Assembly: GCA_963804955.1 (NCBI GenBank)
Contig: CAWDSQ010000020.1
Location: 246,758 to 310,757, forward strand
DNA: 64,000 nt
DNA from: an uncultured delta proteobacterium
GTDB taxonomy: Bacteria > Desulfobacterota > WTBG01 > CAIYCZ01 > CAIRTM01
Direction: 5' to 3'
Below are positions 23,463 through 35,172 of the stretch, in pieces. The notes below the pieces were generated by a model. That model was not told the origin of the DNA, searched no databases, and saw only the letters and a list, made by a program, of their open reading frames with translations. Each line of letters begins with the position of its first letter. The first letter of the stretch is position 1. The translations under genes were made by a program, and so were the position numbers.

Positions 23463-23580
23463 TTGTTTAATTTGTTTTATTTGTTCAATTGGTTTTATTG
23501 GTTAAATACTTTAACCCAATCTCAAACAATCCAATCAGTTCAACCAATGTAACTCATCAAACTAATTGAACCAATTCAAC
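23463..23580. repeat. Inverted pair of degenerate 9-bp tandem arrays
   Basis: Left TTGTTTAAT/TTGTTTTAT/TTGTTCAAT/TGGTTTTAT/TGGTTAAAT; right arm is the reverse-complement type (TCAAACAAT, TCAACCAAT, TGAACCAAT...). Confidence 0.75.
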
Positions 23581-24975
23581 TATGTTTTTCCATAGATTTC
23601 TTACCTTCAAAGCTCTCGATTGCAACCGGATAGGCACCGCTAAAGCAGGCCGTGCAGAAATCCTGCGGATTATCAAATGGCGACAGTATCCCTTCAAGGC
23701 TCAAATACCCGAGAGTATCCGCACCCATGAGCTGTCTGATTTCTTCAACTGTTCGGGTTGCAGCCACCAGCTCTTCAGAAGTCGGGAAGTCTATACCATA
23801 AAAGCAGGGATGCTTGATAGGGGGGCATGATATGCGCACATGCACCTCTTTGGCTCCAGCATCGCGCAGCATTCTGATACGTTTTGCCATGGTATTGCCG
23901 CGCACGATGGAGTCATCCACAGCAATAATGCGCTTGCCCTTGATCACATCCGGCAGCACTGCAAGCTTCATGTCGGCAGAGGACTTTCTCTGCTTATCCT
24001 CGGGCATGATGAATGTGCGGCCAACATAGTGGTTGCGTATAAAGCCGAAATCAAGCGGTATGCCGCTTGCACGTGAATACCCGAGTGCTGCAGAATTTCC
24101 GCTGTCGGGTATGGGTATGACCATATCGGCATCAACGGGATGCTCCTGCGCAAGACTGCCTGCCATAGGCCATGCGCACCTCATGGACATTTTTGCCAAA
24201 AACATGGCTATCCGGATGGGCAAAATATATGTGCTCAAAAATACACTGGCCATAGTGCTCGCGCTTTTCGCAGAACATGTTGCTTGTGAGCCCGGATGAA
24301 TTCACGGTGACTATCTCGCCGGGCAGCACGTCGCGCATATAGGTAGCACCGATCAGAGGCAGCGCGCAGGTCTCACTGGTGAATATAAAGGCTTCTCCCA
24401 GTTTACCGATTGACAGGGGCCTGAAGCCCAGCGGATCGCGTGCAGCCATAATGCTGTCTTTAGTCATTAAAAGAAAAGAAAAAGCGCCTTTGAGCTCACC
24501 AAGTGCGCGCTCAACCCTGCGGGGCCGGTTGCGGTACATGGGATCGGCAAGAATGTGCACCAGAACCTCGCTGTCCGTACTGGTCTGAAAAATAGAACCT
24601 GATTCCTGATACATTCTGCGCAGCTTATTGGCATTGACCAGGTTACCGTTATGGGCGATAGCCCAGATTCCGTCTGCGCACTCGGCAACAAGGGGCTGCA
24701 CATTCTGGATTCGCGTGGAACCGGTTGTGGAATAGCGCACATGGCCGATGCCAATTTTGCCGTTTAGATCACTGATCGGCTGCTTCGAGAAAACTTCCCC
24801 TACAAGACCAAGGCCCTTGGCCGACTTTATCTTCTCGCCATCGCTGACGACGATTCCCGCGCCCTCCTGCCCGCGGTGCTGCAAGAGCAAAAAGCCCCTG
24901 GTAGATAAGCGGGGCTGCTTCCGCAACACCGTAGACACCGAAAAGTCCGCAAAATTCCTTCAGTTCACTTCCCAT
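23576..24975 (-). CDS. purF: Amidophosphoribosyltransferase (two frameshifts)
   Basis: EFCGLFG after a short propeptide, QHRGQEGAG, GHVRYST, AHNGN, CIFEHIYF, VDDSIVRG, CFYGID, CTACF. Confidence 0.95.
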
Positions 24976-25127
24976 ATATACCCGCTTTGCCGCTGCAAAC
25001 ACATGTCTGCAAACAGCATATAATTAAAAAATGCAATTTATACTTTATACACACATAAAGGTCTGACTGTCCACGGGACAACCCTTTTGTGCAGCACCGC
25101 ACAGATCAACCACTGTGTACAACCTGC

Positions 25128-26753
25128 TCAATTTTTGAGCGCAGCGGCAATAAATGCCGAAAACAGAGGATGAGGGTCATGCGGCCGCGATTTGAATTCA
25201 GGATGAAACTGGCAGCCAAGAAACCATGGATGATCAGGTATCTCGACAATCTCCACAAGTTCGGCATCGGGGCACATGCCGGTAATCCTCATGCCGTTTT
25301 TTTCAAGCACATCCAGAAAGGTATTATTGAATTCATAACGATGCCGGTGCCGCTCTGATATTTTTTTTATCTTGTAGGCTTCAAATGCCTTTGAAGGGCT
25401 TATAAGACCGCAGGGAAAGGCTCCGAGCCGCATGGTTGCTCCGTAGCAAAACTGCTCATCCCGCACCTGCTTTGTCTGTTTCTGATAATCAAACCACTCT
25501 TTCAAAAGAAAAATAATCGGGCTCGGGGTATCCTTATTGAACTCCGTGCTGTCGGCATCCTTAATGCCGCAGACATTACGGGCAAATTCAATGACGCACA
25601 GCTGCATGCCCAGACAGATGCCGAAATACGGCTTTTTCTGCTCACGGGCATACCGGATGGCCTCAAGTTTTCCGGGAATGCCGCGGTCTCCAAAACCGCC
25701 GGGCACCAAAACGCCGTTTGCATCATCCAGTATGTCGGCAACATTTTCTGCGGTTATGGTTTCGGAATCGACAAACTTCAGGTGAACGCGTGCACTGTTG
25801 GCAATGCCCCCGTGAATGAGAGCTTCGTTTAGACTTTTGTATGAATCTTCAAGGTCTATATACTTGCCCACAATGGCAATAGTTGTCGCATGATCAGGCT
25901 TTTTTAATTTTTGAAGCATCCCTTCCCACGACTCAAGATGCGGCGCACGGGTCCAGATATTGAGAAGCTCAATAATTTTTTCATCAAGTCCCTCCTGGTG
26001 AAGCAGCAGCGGCACCTCATAGATTGAATCGACATCTTTTGCCGTTATGACCGCGTCCCGTGAAAGATTGCAGAACAGAGCGATCTTATCCTTGATATCA
26101 TGGGGCAGAAGCCGGTCAGACCGGCACAGCAGAATATCGGGCTGAATGCCTATCTGCAGCAATTCCTTTGTGCTGTGCTGCGTGGGCTTGGTCTTGAGCT
26201 GACCAGCAGCTCCTAAAAAGGGAACATAGGTCAAATGAACATAGAGAACGTTTTCCCGGCCTGCATCATTTTTAAACTGTCTGATAGCCTCAAGAAAAGG
26301 AAGTGATTCAATATCGCCAACCGTTCCGCCGATTTCGATTATGGCAATATCAACACCCTGGGCTACAAGCCATATTTTATCTTTGATCTCATTGGTGATA
26401 TGGGGAATGACCTGAACGGTGGCGCCCAGATATTCACCCTTGCGCTCCTTGCCGATCACGCGCTCGTAAATCTGGCCTGTCGTATAATTGTTCTTTGAAC
26501 CCATTCGGGCAAAAGTGAAGCGCTCGTAATGCCCCAGATCAAGGTCTGTTTCATTGCCCTCATCGGTTACAAAAACTTCACCATGCTGAAACGGATTCAT
26601 GGTGCCGGGATCGACATTTATATAGGGATCAAACTTCAAAAAAGTGACTTTGAGCCCACGGGCCTCCAGCAGTGCCCCCATAGAAGCCGCGGCAATGCCT
26701 TTGCCCAGTGCCGATAGTACGCCGCCTGTTACAAAAATAAATTTTGGCTTCAT
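25128..26753 (-). CDS. pyrG: CTP synthase
   Basis: [44 protein letters not shown]. Confidence 0.98.
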   Translation of the reverse strand: MKPKFIFVTGGVLSALGKGIAAASMGALLEARGLKVTFLKFDPYINVDPGTMNPFQHGEVFVTDEGNETDLDLGHYERFTFARMGSKNNYTTGQIYERVIGKERKGEYLGATVQVIPHITNEIKDKIWLVAQGVDIAIIEIGGTVGDIESLPFLEAIRQFKNDAGRENVLYVHLTYVPFLGAAGQLKTKPTQHSTKELLQIGIQPDILLCRSDRLLPHDIKDKIALFCNLSRDAVITAKDVDSIYEVPLLLHQEGLDEKIIELLNIWTRAPHLESWEGMLQKLKKPDHATTIAIVGKYIDLEDSYKSLNEALIHGGIANSARVHLKFVDSETITAENVADILDDANGVLVPGGFGDRGIPGKLEAIRYAREQKKPYFGICLGMQLCVIEFARNVCGIKDADSTEFNKDTPSPIIFLLKEWFDYQKQTKQVRDEQFCYGATMRLGAFPCGLISPSKAFEAYKIKKISERHRHRYEFNNTFLDVLEKNGMRITGMCPDAELVEIVEIPDHPWFLGCQFHPEFKSRPHDPHPLFSAFIAAALKN

Positions 26754-26825
26754 TGCAGACCTTTCTAGTGCATATTTAATAAAATGCTTTAAGATGCCGT
26801 AATAACCTTACAAACTGAAAAAAAC

Positions 26826-26854
26826 AAAAAAAAGCGGGAGGGGGGCCTCCCGCT
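26826..26854 (-). terminator. Terminator after glutamine synthetase
   Basis: GCGGGAGG/CCTCCCGC stem with a U-run on the minus strand. Confidence 0.7.
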
Positions 26855-26861
26855 GAAAGGA

Positions 26862-28952
26862 TTAGTTGATGAACATCATTTCCGCATAGGTGGCAAGCGG
26901 CCACTGATCCCGGGGCAGCAGACCTTCGAGATCATCTACAGCTGCCCGCAGCTTTGCCATGGCAGGCAGTATCTTTACGGGATGGCCTGTTTTGACTGCG
27001 GCCTCCACAGCTTTGCAGCCCTTGAGGGTTGATTCAATCTGTTCCGTCACAGCTTTCAAAAGATCCCTGCTTTCATTGATCTTCACGGCTTTCATCATCT
27101 TTGAGATATCGGCAATTGCCGAAGCAAGCTCCCTCACATATGTTACCGCTGCCGGAACAATCATGGTGCGGGCAATGGTAACCGAGCAGTTCGCCTCAAG
27201 AATGATGGTCTTTTCATAATTTTCAAGCAGGGCGTTATATCGTGACTCAAGCTCCCTTTTTGTGAGCACGCCGTGCTTTTCAAACAGCTTCACGGTTGCT
27301 GGAGCAGCAAAAGCCTTCAGCGCTTCCGGCGTCGTCATAATGTTGGGCAGGCCGCGCCGGGCAGCTTCCCTGCGCCACTCGGCAGTATAATTGTCGCCAT
27401 TGAAAAGAATGCGCTTATGCTTCTTAACTATTTTCTGCAGTATGCCCTGCAGGGTTTCATTGAAATTCTTTCTGGCTTTGACTGCCGCTTCAAGCTCGCT
27501 GCACACTTCATTGATTGCATCGGCGACGATCGTATTGAGAACGGTATTGGCTGCAGAGCAGTTGTGGCTCGAGCCGACTGCGCGGAACTCGAACTTGTTG
27601 CCGGTGAAGGCAAAGGGCGAAGTGCGGTTACGGTCAGTTGCATCACGCGGAAACTGCGGCAGAGAGGTAACCCCGATCTTAATCACGCCGCCGTTTTTCG
27701 AGCTTTTCGCCTTGCCTTTCTCTATCTGCTCGATCACATCATAGAGCTGATCTCCAAGAAAAATTGAAATGATGGCCGGAGGAGCCTCATTAGCCCCAAG
27801 CCGGTGATCATTGCCAGCCGAAGCCACAGCCGCCCGAAGAAGCGCTGCATTGGTGTCAACGGCTTTCATAAGAATGCAGATCATGGTGAGAAACTCTGCA
27901 TTTGCATGGGGAGTATCACCCGGGGTCAGCCAGTTGCGGCCGGTCGGGTCGACAAGGGACCAGTTATTGTGCTTGCCCGAACCGTTTACTCCGGCAAAAG
28001 GCTTTTCATGCAGCAGGCATACCAAACCGTGCTCATCGGCAACATTGCGCAGCACTTCCATGGTCTGCATATTGTGATCAACAGCAATGCTCAGCTCCTC
28101 AAAGACCGGCGCAATTTCAAACTGCGCAGGGCACACTTCATTATGCCGTGTCTTTGAAGGAATCCCCAGGCGCCAGAGCTCGCGGTCCAGATCTTCCATA
28201 AAAGCCATAATCCGCGGTTTGATGGGTCCGAAATAATGATCTTCCATCTGTTGATGCTTGGCAGGCTGGCGGCCAAACAAGGTACGGCCGGTCTGCATGA
28301 GATCAAGACGGCTCTCATAGAACTGCTTGTCAATCAGAAAGTATTCCTGCTCCGGTCCCAGGGTCGGATAGGTGCGTGTGCCGCCATCGACATCCATGCC
28401 GAACAACTTTGCAAGCCTGCATACCTGCTTTGACAGCACGTCCATCGAACGCAGCAACGGCGCTTTTTCATCAAGCGCTTCACCGCTATAGGAACAAAAA
28501 ACCGTCGGGATACACAGGGTCGATCCTTTTGCACCGCGTTTTATAAAAGCGGGGCTTGTGGGATCCCAAGCCGTATACCCCCGTGCTTCAAAGGTTGTAC
28601 GAAGCCCCCCTGAAGGAAAACTTGAGGCGTCGGGTTCGCCCTGTATGAGCTCCTTGCCGGAAAAATGCATCACGCAGCCGCCTTCTCTATCCGGGTCGAT
28701 AAAAGCATCATGCTTTTCTGCAGTTGTTCCCGTCAAAGGCTGAAACCAGTGTGTAAAATGGGTCGCCCCTTTTTCCATGGCCCAGGTCTTCATGGCATCG
28801 GCAACTTCATCGGCAATCTTCGGATCAAGTGATGCCCTGCGGATTATTGTATCCATGATGGAATCATAGGCATGTACAGACAGATAGTTGCGCATGGTTT
28901 TTATGGTAAACACATCTTCTGCGAACAACTTGGTACAGTCAAAAGTATTCAT
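26862..28952 (-). CDS. glnA: Glutamine synthetase type III
   Basis: 696 aa; THWFQPLTG.TAEKHD, GEPDASSFPSGG, HEKPFAGVNGSGKHNNWS, RLGANEAPP, DRNRTSPFAFTGNKFEFR. Confidence 0.96.
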   Translation of the reverse strand: MNTFDCTKLFAEDVFTIKTMRNYLSVHAYDSIMDTIIRRASLDPKIADEVADAMKTWAMEKGATHFTHWFQPLTGTTAEKHDAFIDPDREGGCVMHFSGKELIQGEPDASSFPSGGLRTTFEARGYTAWDPTSPAFIKRGAKGSTLCIPTVFCSYSGEALDEKAPLLRSMDVLSKQVCRLAKLFGMDVDGGTRTYPTLGPEQEYFLIDKQFYESRLDLMQTGRTLFGRQPAKHQQMEDHYFGPIKPRIMAFMEDLDRELWRLGIPSKTRHNEVCPAQFEIAPVFEELSIAVDHNMQTMEVLRNVADEHGLVCLLHEKPFAGVNGSGKHNNWSLVDPTGRNWLTPGDTPHANAEFLTMICILMKAVDTNAALLRAAVASAGNDHRLGANEAPPAIISIFLGDQLYDVIEQIEKGKAKSSKNGGVIKIGVTSLPQFPRDATDRNRTSPFAFTGNKFEFRAVGSSHNCSAANTVLNTIVADAINEVCSELEAAVKARKNFNETLQGILQKIVKKHKRILFNGDNYTAEWRREAARRGLPNIMTTPEALKAFAAPATVKLFEKHGVLTKRELESRYNALLENYEKTIILEANCSVTIARTMIVPAAVTYVRELASAIADISKMMKAVKINESRDLLKAVTEQIESTLKGCKAVEAAVKTGHPVKILPAMAKLRAAVDDLEGLLPRDQWPLATYAEMMFIN

Positions 28953-29068
28953 TTAGAAAATCTCCTTACATAGGTATAGCTGTTATAAATAATTTTACTT
29001 CGTTCTGTAAAGCACTCTTTGCTCAAGTACTTATTTTTTTAATTTTCCTTTGTTAGCTAAATTTAATT

Positions 29069-29083
29069 ACAAGAACGGTGCCA
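29069..29083 (-). promoter_or_regulatory. sigma54 -24/-12 promoter of glnA
   Basis: TGGCACCGTTCTTGT on the minus strand ~115 nt upstream of the ATG. Confidence 0.75.
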
Positions 29084-29225
29084 AACCATCGAGAGGCTTA
29101 CCAGCTCCGCCTGCACTAAACAGGCGTTATAAACTAAGTTATTGTTATAGCATCAAAAATTAATAAGTTGCGATTTATTCTAAACAAAAAAAACCTTCTT
29201 CCTGCCATTTAAATTGACAAAATAC

Positions 29226-29270
29226 TTACATTATTGTTACTATACTGCCTAGTGAATCACAAATTTGTTT
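29226..29270. promoter_or_regulatory. Two putative activator (UAS) sites, ACA-N4-TGT
   Basis: TTACATTATTGTTA (29226-29239) and TCACAAATTTGTTT (29257-29270); similar boxes at 49869-49903. Confidence 0.5.
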
Positions 29271-29306
29271 TTAGAAAAAAAATAATAAACCATAGCAGCT
29301 TTTCAT

Positions 29307-30875
29307 ATGAAACAAAAAGAACCCGAAAGTATAAATACAATCAACGCACGCTCCGCAAAACAGCTGGCAATTCTTGCAAAAATTTCACACGCCACATTTC
29401 ATCAGAATAATATTTCAGCCCTGCTTGAAGATGCACTGGGCATCATGGACACGGAAATGGGCATGTCGCGGGGTATACTTACTCTGCGCGTGCCGGATAC
29501 CGACGTCTTAGTTATTGAAGCATCAAAAGGCCTTTCTGCAGAAGAAAAAAAACGCGGCAAGTACAAACTCGGAGAAGGCATAATAGGCCGTGTGGCGCAG
29601 ACAAAAAAATCCGCTCTTATTGAAGACTTCACTACGGATCCCTATTTTCTGAACAAGACAAGATCGCGCAAAAAAGATGTGCCCATGGCATTTCTTTGCG
29701 TGCCGGTCCTGCATAATCACGAGGTCATCGGAACCATCAGTATCGACCGGCCCAAGGATGATCTGAACATTCTGCGCAGCGACCTGAACTTTCTGTCCCT
29801 GGTCGCAGACATTCTTGCAGAAGCCGTCGCCCAGATACGCGAGCAGGTTGCCGAGAGGGAAAACCTGATGGCGGAAAACCGTCAGCTGCGGCAACAGCTT
29901 GGAGAGCTCTACCAGCCCAACCATATCGTCGGACGCTGCAGCGTCATGCAGCAGATATATCTCCAGATCGCCCAGGTCGCCGACAGCACTGCCACCGTTC
30001 TTGTCCGGGGCGAGTCCGGCACGGGCAAGGAAATGATTGCCCGTGCGATTCACTTTTCAAGCTCCCGCCGCAACAATCCCTTTATTGCGGTCAACTGCGC
30101 GGCCCTTCCTGAAAACCTCATAGAAAGCGAGCTGTTCGGCCATGAAAAAGGCTCGTTCACCGGCGCCATGCAGCAACGCAAGGGCCGCTTTGAGCTGGCA
30201 AATGGCGGCACTCTTTTTCTTGATGAAATCGGCGATATATCCCCGGCCGTACAGGTTCGCCTGCTGCGGGTACTGCAGGAAAAAATATTCGAACGCGTTG
30301 GCGGAACTGAAAGTATCAGGGTCAACATCCGCATTATCGCCGCTACTGCGGCAAACCTTGAGCAGGCCATTGAGAGCGGAAAATTCCGCGACGATCTTTT
30401 TTACCGGCTCAACGTGTTTCCCATCTACATGCCGCCGCTTCGCGAGCGCCGCTCCGATATCATTCTGCTTGCCGATCATTTTCTGCAAAAATACAATGAG
30501 GTCTACGGCAAGACCATAAAGCGGATATCAACCCCTGCCATCAACATGATGATGGCCTATCACTGGCCGGGTAATGTCCGGGAGCTTGAAAACTGCATAG
30601 AACGCTCCATCCTCACCAGTTCAGACGACGTCATTCACAGCTACTGCCTGCCGCCGTCGCTCCAGACATCCGATGAAACCAATACGGCCCTGCTGCCGGT
30701 TGATGGAGCACCGCTGACAACACTGGTGAGCTCCTACGAGCGGGAGCTGATTGTCGATGCGCTGAAAAAGCACCGCGGCAATGTTGCCTCCACGGCCCGC
30801 TATCTGCAGACCACGCAGCGCATTCTGCACTACCGCATTATCAGCCTTGGCATTGAAACAAAAAAATATAAATAA
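29307..30875 (+). CDS. sigma54-dependent activator, GAF + AAA+ + HTH (NifA-like architecture)
   Basis: GAF with [48 protein letters not shown]-terminal HTH. Confidence 0.92.
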   Translation: MKQKEPESINTINARSAKQLAILAKISHATFHQNNISALLEDALGIMDTEMGMSRGILTLRVPDTDVLVIEASKGLSAEEKKRGKYKLGEGIIGRVAQTKKSALIEDFTTDPYFLNKTRSRKKDVPMAFLCVPVLHNHEVIGTISIDRPKDDLNILRSDLNFLSLVADILAEAVAQIREQVAERENLMAENRQLRQQLGELYQPNHIVGRCSVMQQIYLQIAQVADSTATVLVRGESGTGKEMIARAIHFSSSRRNNPFIAVNCAALPENLIESELFGHEKGSFTGAMQQRKGRFELANGGTLFLDEIGDISPAVQVRLLRVLQEKIFERVGGTESIRVNIRIIAATAANLEQAIESGKFRDDLFYRLNVFPIYMPPLRERRSDIILLADHFLQKYNEVYGKTIKRISTPAINMMMAYHWPGNVRELENCIERSILTSSDDVIHSYCLPPSLQTSDETNTALLPVDGAPLTTLVSSYERELIVDALKKHRGNVASTARYLQTTQRILHYRIISLGIETKKYK

Positions 30876-30970
30876 TGCCCCCACAGGCGTTAAACTGCCA
30901 GCAGGCGGGTTGTCTGCCTCGCCCGCCCCTGCCTGAGCACTGTCATTGGCAATACGTACGGTGCGGCGGT

Positions 30971-33577
30971 TTATTCATCAGTCGCATGGGGGCTTATGCA
31001 GAGCAGCTTTTGCGTGTGAATATCGGACATGAGGCAGAGTTTTCTTGAGTCCGTATCAAAGACCCGGACAATATGTTCATATTGAGCGCTCTCCGGGAGC
31101 AGGCGCGCAAGCAGGTTTTCCATGCCTTCCATCCAGGCGGTGTTCAATGCAGCCTGTTCATTTTTGAGAAACAGCGCTGCATAAAAAATATCGGTTTCAA
31201 CCAGGTCCTGAAAAAAATGGGTTCCAAAGGACAGCTCTGGCATGAGCATCTCTCCCCTGTACTCAATCTCGACCATCACCGAAATATTATTAATCTCTGC
31301 AAACCTGACAGGCACGCCAAGGGCCGGTGTTGAAGTGCCCCACCTGCCAGGCCCCATCAGCATGACATGCGTGCTGCTTTTATCTTCAATCTGTCGGTTA
31401 AGTCTGCCGATAAGCCGGGCAATAGTATATTTCTCAGAGATGGGAAGCCCGCTGTAGCCTTCCGGATCGACATAAATCACGCGGCTGATCGGCAGCATGA
31501 CATTGCTGCCCATAAAATTGCCGTTCGATGAAAATAAAACTTTTTCAGGTTGTACGTTGTCCGGTATGCTTACGCGGGCCTGTATTCCCTTTGTCTGGAG
31601 TGGCCGGCACTGAACTAAATTTATATGAAACTGCCCACTGCGGTCGAAATTGACGGTAAATTCCGTATCAACCGGATAGCTATAGGTATCCTCAAGCTTT
31701 TTCAGCATATCACGCATGACCGCGGGAAACAGGCTATCGGCAAGAAGTGGATCAAATGTCAGCAGCCAGGCATCTTTATCAAAAATGCCGCGTTCCCGCA
31801 ACCGCTCAGCCGCATGGCTGTCGCGCATGCCGAACCGCTCAAAATCAATTTCCACAGCGCTCTCGACTACGGTATCGAGAGGAACTGTTTCAAGCTCGTT
31901 TTGCATAACATTCAGAACATCAACATAGCGCTGTGAGTATTTTCTGGCATCGCTCAGGCCTGCATGGGGCCGCAAAAGCGGGTTGTCAAGCGGTACTATC
32001 CGGGGATAATCATTTTCCACGCGGTTGACCGCTCGGGTCCCCAGCCCCAGCACCAGCCGCAGCATGCCGGCTTTAGGGTCCATATCCGGCTTCCAGACAA
32101 AAGCATTATAAGAAATGCCCACGCCCGCCAGATCAGGAAAGAAATACCCGTTATGATGGGAGCCGGAAACCCGCTGCACAAGAAGCGCCATCTGCTCATC
32201 GTGCTCGGCAAGGCCGCGCTGCTTTCTATAGCTCAGGGCATCCTCGCCCATGGTGCTTGCAAACACCTGCCGTACATAATCTTTAAAGCGCTTGAAGCGC
32301 TGCTCGGGCGAGCCCTGATTGACGCAGAACAGGCTTTCGTATTTTCCGGCAAAAGCATTGCCGAAAGCATCCTCAAGAAGGCTGCTGGAGCGTATGATTA
32401 TCGGCGCCTGGCCGAAATACTCGATCAGTTCCCAGAACTGGTCTTCAATTTCTTCAGGGAAAGACCCCTCAAGCATCTTGTCCTTTAAAATTCCGGCTGC
32501 CTTAAAATAGCCTTCAGGTGTCTTGTGCTCCATCAGCAGCGGCCACCAGCCGTTTGACACGATATAGGTATAAAAAACATCGGAGCCGATAAAAAAAGAA
32601 TCATGGGGCTCAAGCAGAGCCCGCCAGTCGCGTGAGCTGTCCAGGTAGAAGAATTTTGCGGGCTATGAGCATGCCGGCTGCCTTTCCGCCGATATAACCG
32701 GTGCCGATAGTACGCTCTTTGATGGCAAGCAGATCCTGCAGCGATGAGCGTTTTTTTCGCAAGATCCAGAATGCGCTGCTCACGGCCAATCATGACCGAG
32801 CACAGCAGCTCCAAAGCCTTATCCTTATCAGCGTCCTGGCTGTGGCGTCGCAGCAGATCCTGAACTTCCATAAACAGCCGGTCCCAGGAATCAAGATTTC
32901 TTCTTGTCTGAATAGTGCTTTTACCGGTTATATAAGAAGTGAGTTTCGCCAGATCCATGCTGCTGGTAACCGGTATGAAAGATTCGTCTGTTTTTTTATG
33001 CGGTAAAAACATGGTCGGCGAATACCTGCCGAGCACCTTCAGCGGATGCACATAGGTGTCGGTACCGGTATTGTAAACATCCATCAAAAGCTGGGTGGTT
33101 TCCCTGATGCGGGCTACGGTTTTGTAGGAATGCCGGCTGCGGATGAGGCCGAAATAGGCAATGGTGTCAAGCTGAAAAAGATACGGGCAGGTGATCCTGA
33201 AAAAATTGCCGATCATCAAATCCGTTGCCCAGGCCGAAAGCAGATCAGACAGGCAGTCAAAAACATAATAGGCGCCGATACCTTCGCGGGCAATTATGCC
33301 ATGCACCTGCGTTGAAAACGACTCAAAGCCCGAGCCTGGCATCAAGTTCGTAGCGGGTTACTGCCGCCGTGGGTGCTACGAGTTCACGGTGCCGGGCGAA
33401 CTGAACATAAATGAGTTTTTTCTTTTCTTCGATGGCCCGTTGAACAAACGGCATTACAAAGCCGGCATAGTCATCGATATTGTCGACTTGCCAGACCACA
33501 TTATCGCCAAGCCTGAGATGGTCGATAATGGCGTCAAGCCCTTTAATGCCGGTTGTCGGATAGAGTGATGCTTTCAT
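30971..33577 (-). CDS. PEP/pyruvate-binding (PPDK N-terminal) domain protein with KaiC/RecA-like start (frameshifts near 33330 and 32550-32750)
   Basis: TGIKGLD..IDHLRLGDNVVWQ, IGGK region, IIRSSSLLED..AFAGKYES, EQMALLVQRVSG, GLGTRAV, DTEF, VQCRP, GPGRWG, ELSFGTHFFQDLVE. Confidence 0.85.
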
Positions 33578-33733
33578 CTATTCTGCTCATAAAAAGGTCT
33601 GAAGACAATACATAACTTATAAAATAGTTTAACTTTTAATTTTATATTCATGTAATAACTTAATATTAAAACTTTAATTTCACATTACTTTCGTTCCTGT
33701 ATCCATACTGTCACGCCACAGGCCAGACAGGGC

Positions 33734-35172
33734 CTATCCCTTCGCCGGCCTTGCCATAACAGCCTCATGAAGGCACTGAGCAGCCTGCCTGCCCTGCCAG
33801 ATGGCGCGCACAACAAGCGATGGCCCTGTTACCGCATCGCCTGCGGCAAACACGCCAGGCACGGAACTCATATATCTGTCATCCACGGCAATGGTTCCGG
33901 AAGAGGAGAGCTGAACGCCAAGCTCATAAATCAATTTTCCATGAACTATGCCGGTAAATCCCATGGCAAGTATGACAAGATCGACATCAAGAGAAAAATC
34001 CGAGCCAGGCACTTCTTCAAATACCTGCCGTCCATTAATATCTTTCCATCCAACTCGTGTTGCGATTACCTTGGAAATTACTTCCACCATTTCCTTCGAA
34101 GCGCTTTGTCAAGACCGACCACTGAAGCTGGCAGCCTTCCTCGTGCGACGAGCTTTTTCTTACAATACGCGGCCAGTAGGGCCACTCAGGGTTCCACTGC
34201 TCGCTCCATTCACGCGGCATGGGCAGAAGTTCGAACTGATGAACGTCGCGGGCACCCTGCCGGTTTGCCGTCCCGACGCAGTCGGAGCCTGTATCGCCTC
34301 CGCCGATCACAAGCACGGATTTGCCGCATGCGGTAATGCCGTTGCCTGCAGGAGCTTCACCCTCAACTGTCTGGTTGGAGTATGCAAGGAAATCCATAGC
34401 ACAGTGGATCCCCGCAAGCTCACGGCCCGGCACCGAAAGATCGCGAGGAACTTCGGCGCCGCAGGTGATGAGAATGGCGTCAAAAGATCTTCGCAGATAG
34501 GCTGCTGAAATGTCTTCACCAACATGCACACCGGTTTCAAACTGGACTCCTTCGGCAGCCATCTGTTCAAGCCTGCGGTCGAGCACCCATTTTTCAAGCT
34601 TAAAACTGGGTATGCCGTAGCGCAAAAGGCCGCCGGGACTCTTCGATTTCTCCCAGACGACAACATCGTGGCCCAGACGCGCAAGCTGCTGAGCGGCAGC
34701 CAGTCCCGCAGGGCCTGAACCGACGATGGCAACGCGGCGGCCGGTTTTGAAGGGCGGTGGCGCCGGAAGCACCGCGTTTTCGGCAAAGCCGCGCTCAATA
34801 ATTGCAAGTTCATTGAGCCGTATGGTCACGGGGCCTTCGTTGATGGCAAGGGTGCAGGCTGCCTCACAGGGCGCCGGACATACACGCCCTGTAATTTCAG
34901 GAAAATTATTGGTCATTTCAAGGCGCTGCAGAGCATCTCGCCACTGACCACGGTAGACAGAATCATTCCATTCGGGAATAAGGTTGTAGAGCGGGCATCC
35001 CATGGCATGACAAAACGGAACTCCGCAGTCTATGCACCGTGCGGCCTGCTGCTGCACCGCCTCGTCCGGCAGGCGCGTTGCGACTTCACTGTAGTCTTTA
35101 AGCCGTTCAGGCACCGGACGATACGGTGGTAGTTACGCGCGAATACTCAAGAAAGCCTCTGATCTTTCCCAT
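33734..35172 (-). CDS. gltD: Glutamate synthase small (beta) subunit (frameshifts near 35125 and 34080)
   Basis: [62 protein letters not shown] overlaps the gltB TAA. Confidence 0.95.

Noticed and set aside
23463..23580. Repeat region as a CRISPR array
   Set aside because: 9-bp period with no unique spacers and no cas genes
28953..29060. Glutamine (glnA-motif) riboswitch in the glnA leader
   Set aside because: Only a short GAACGAAGTA resemblance; the three-stem junction cannot be formed
29307..30875. Calling the activator nifA / nitrogen fixation
   Set aside because: No nif genes in the window and no TGT-N10-ACA sites seen at the promoters
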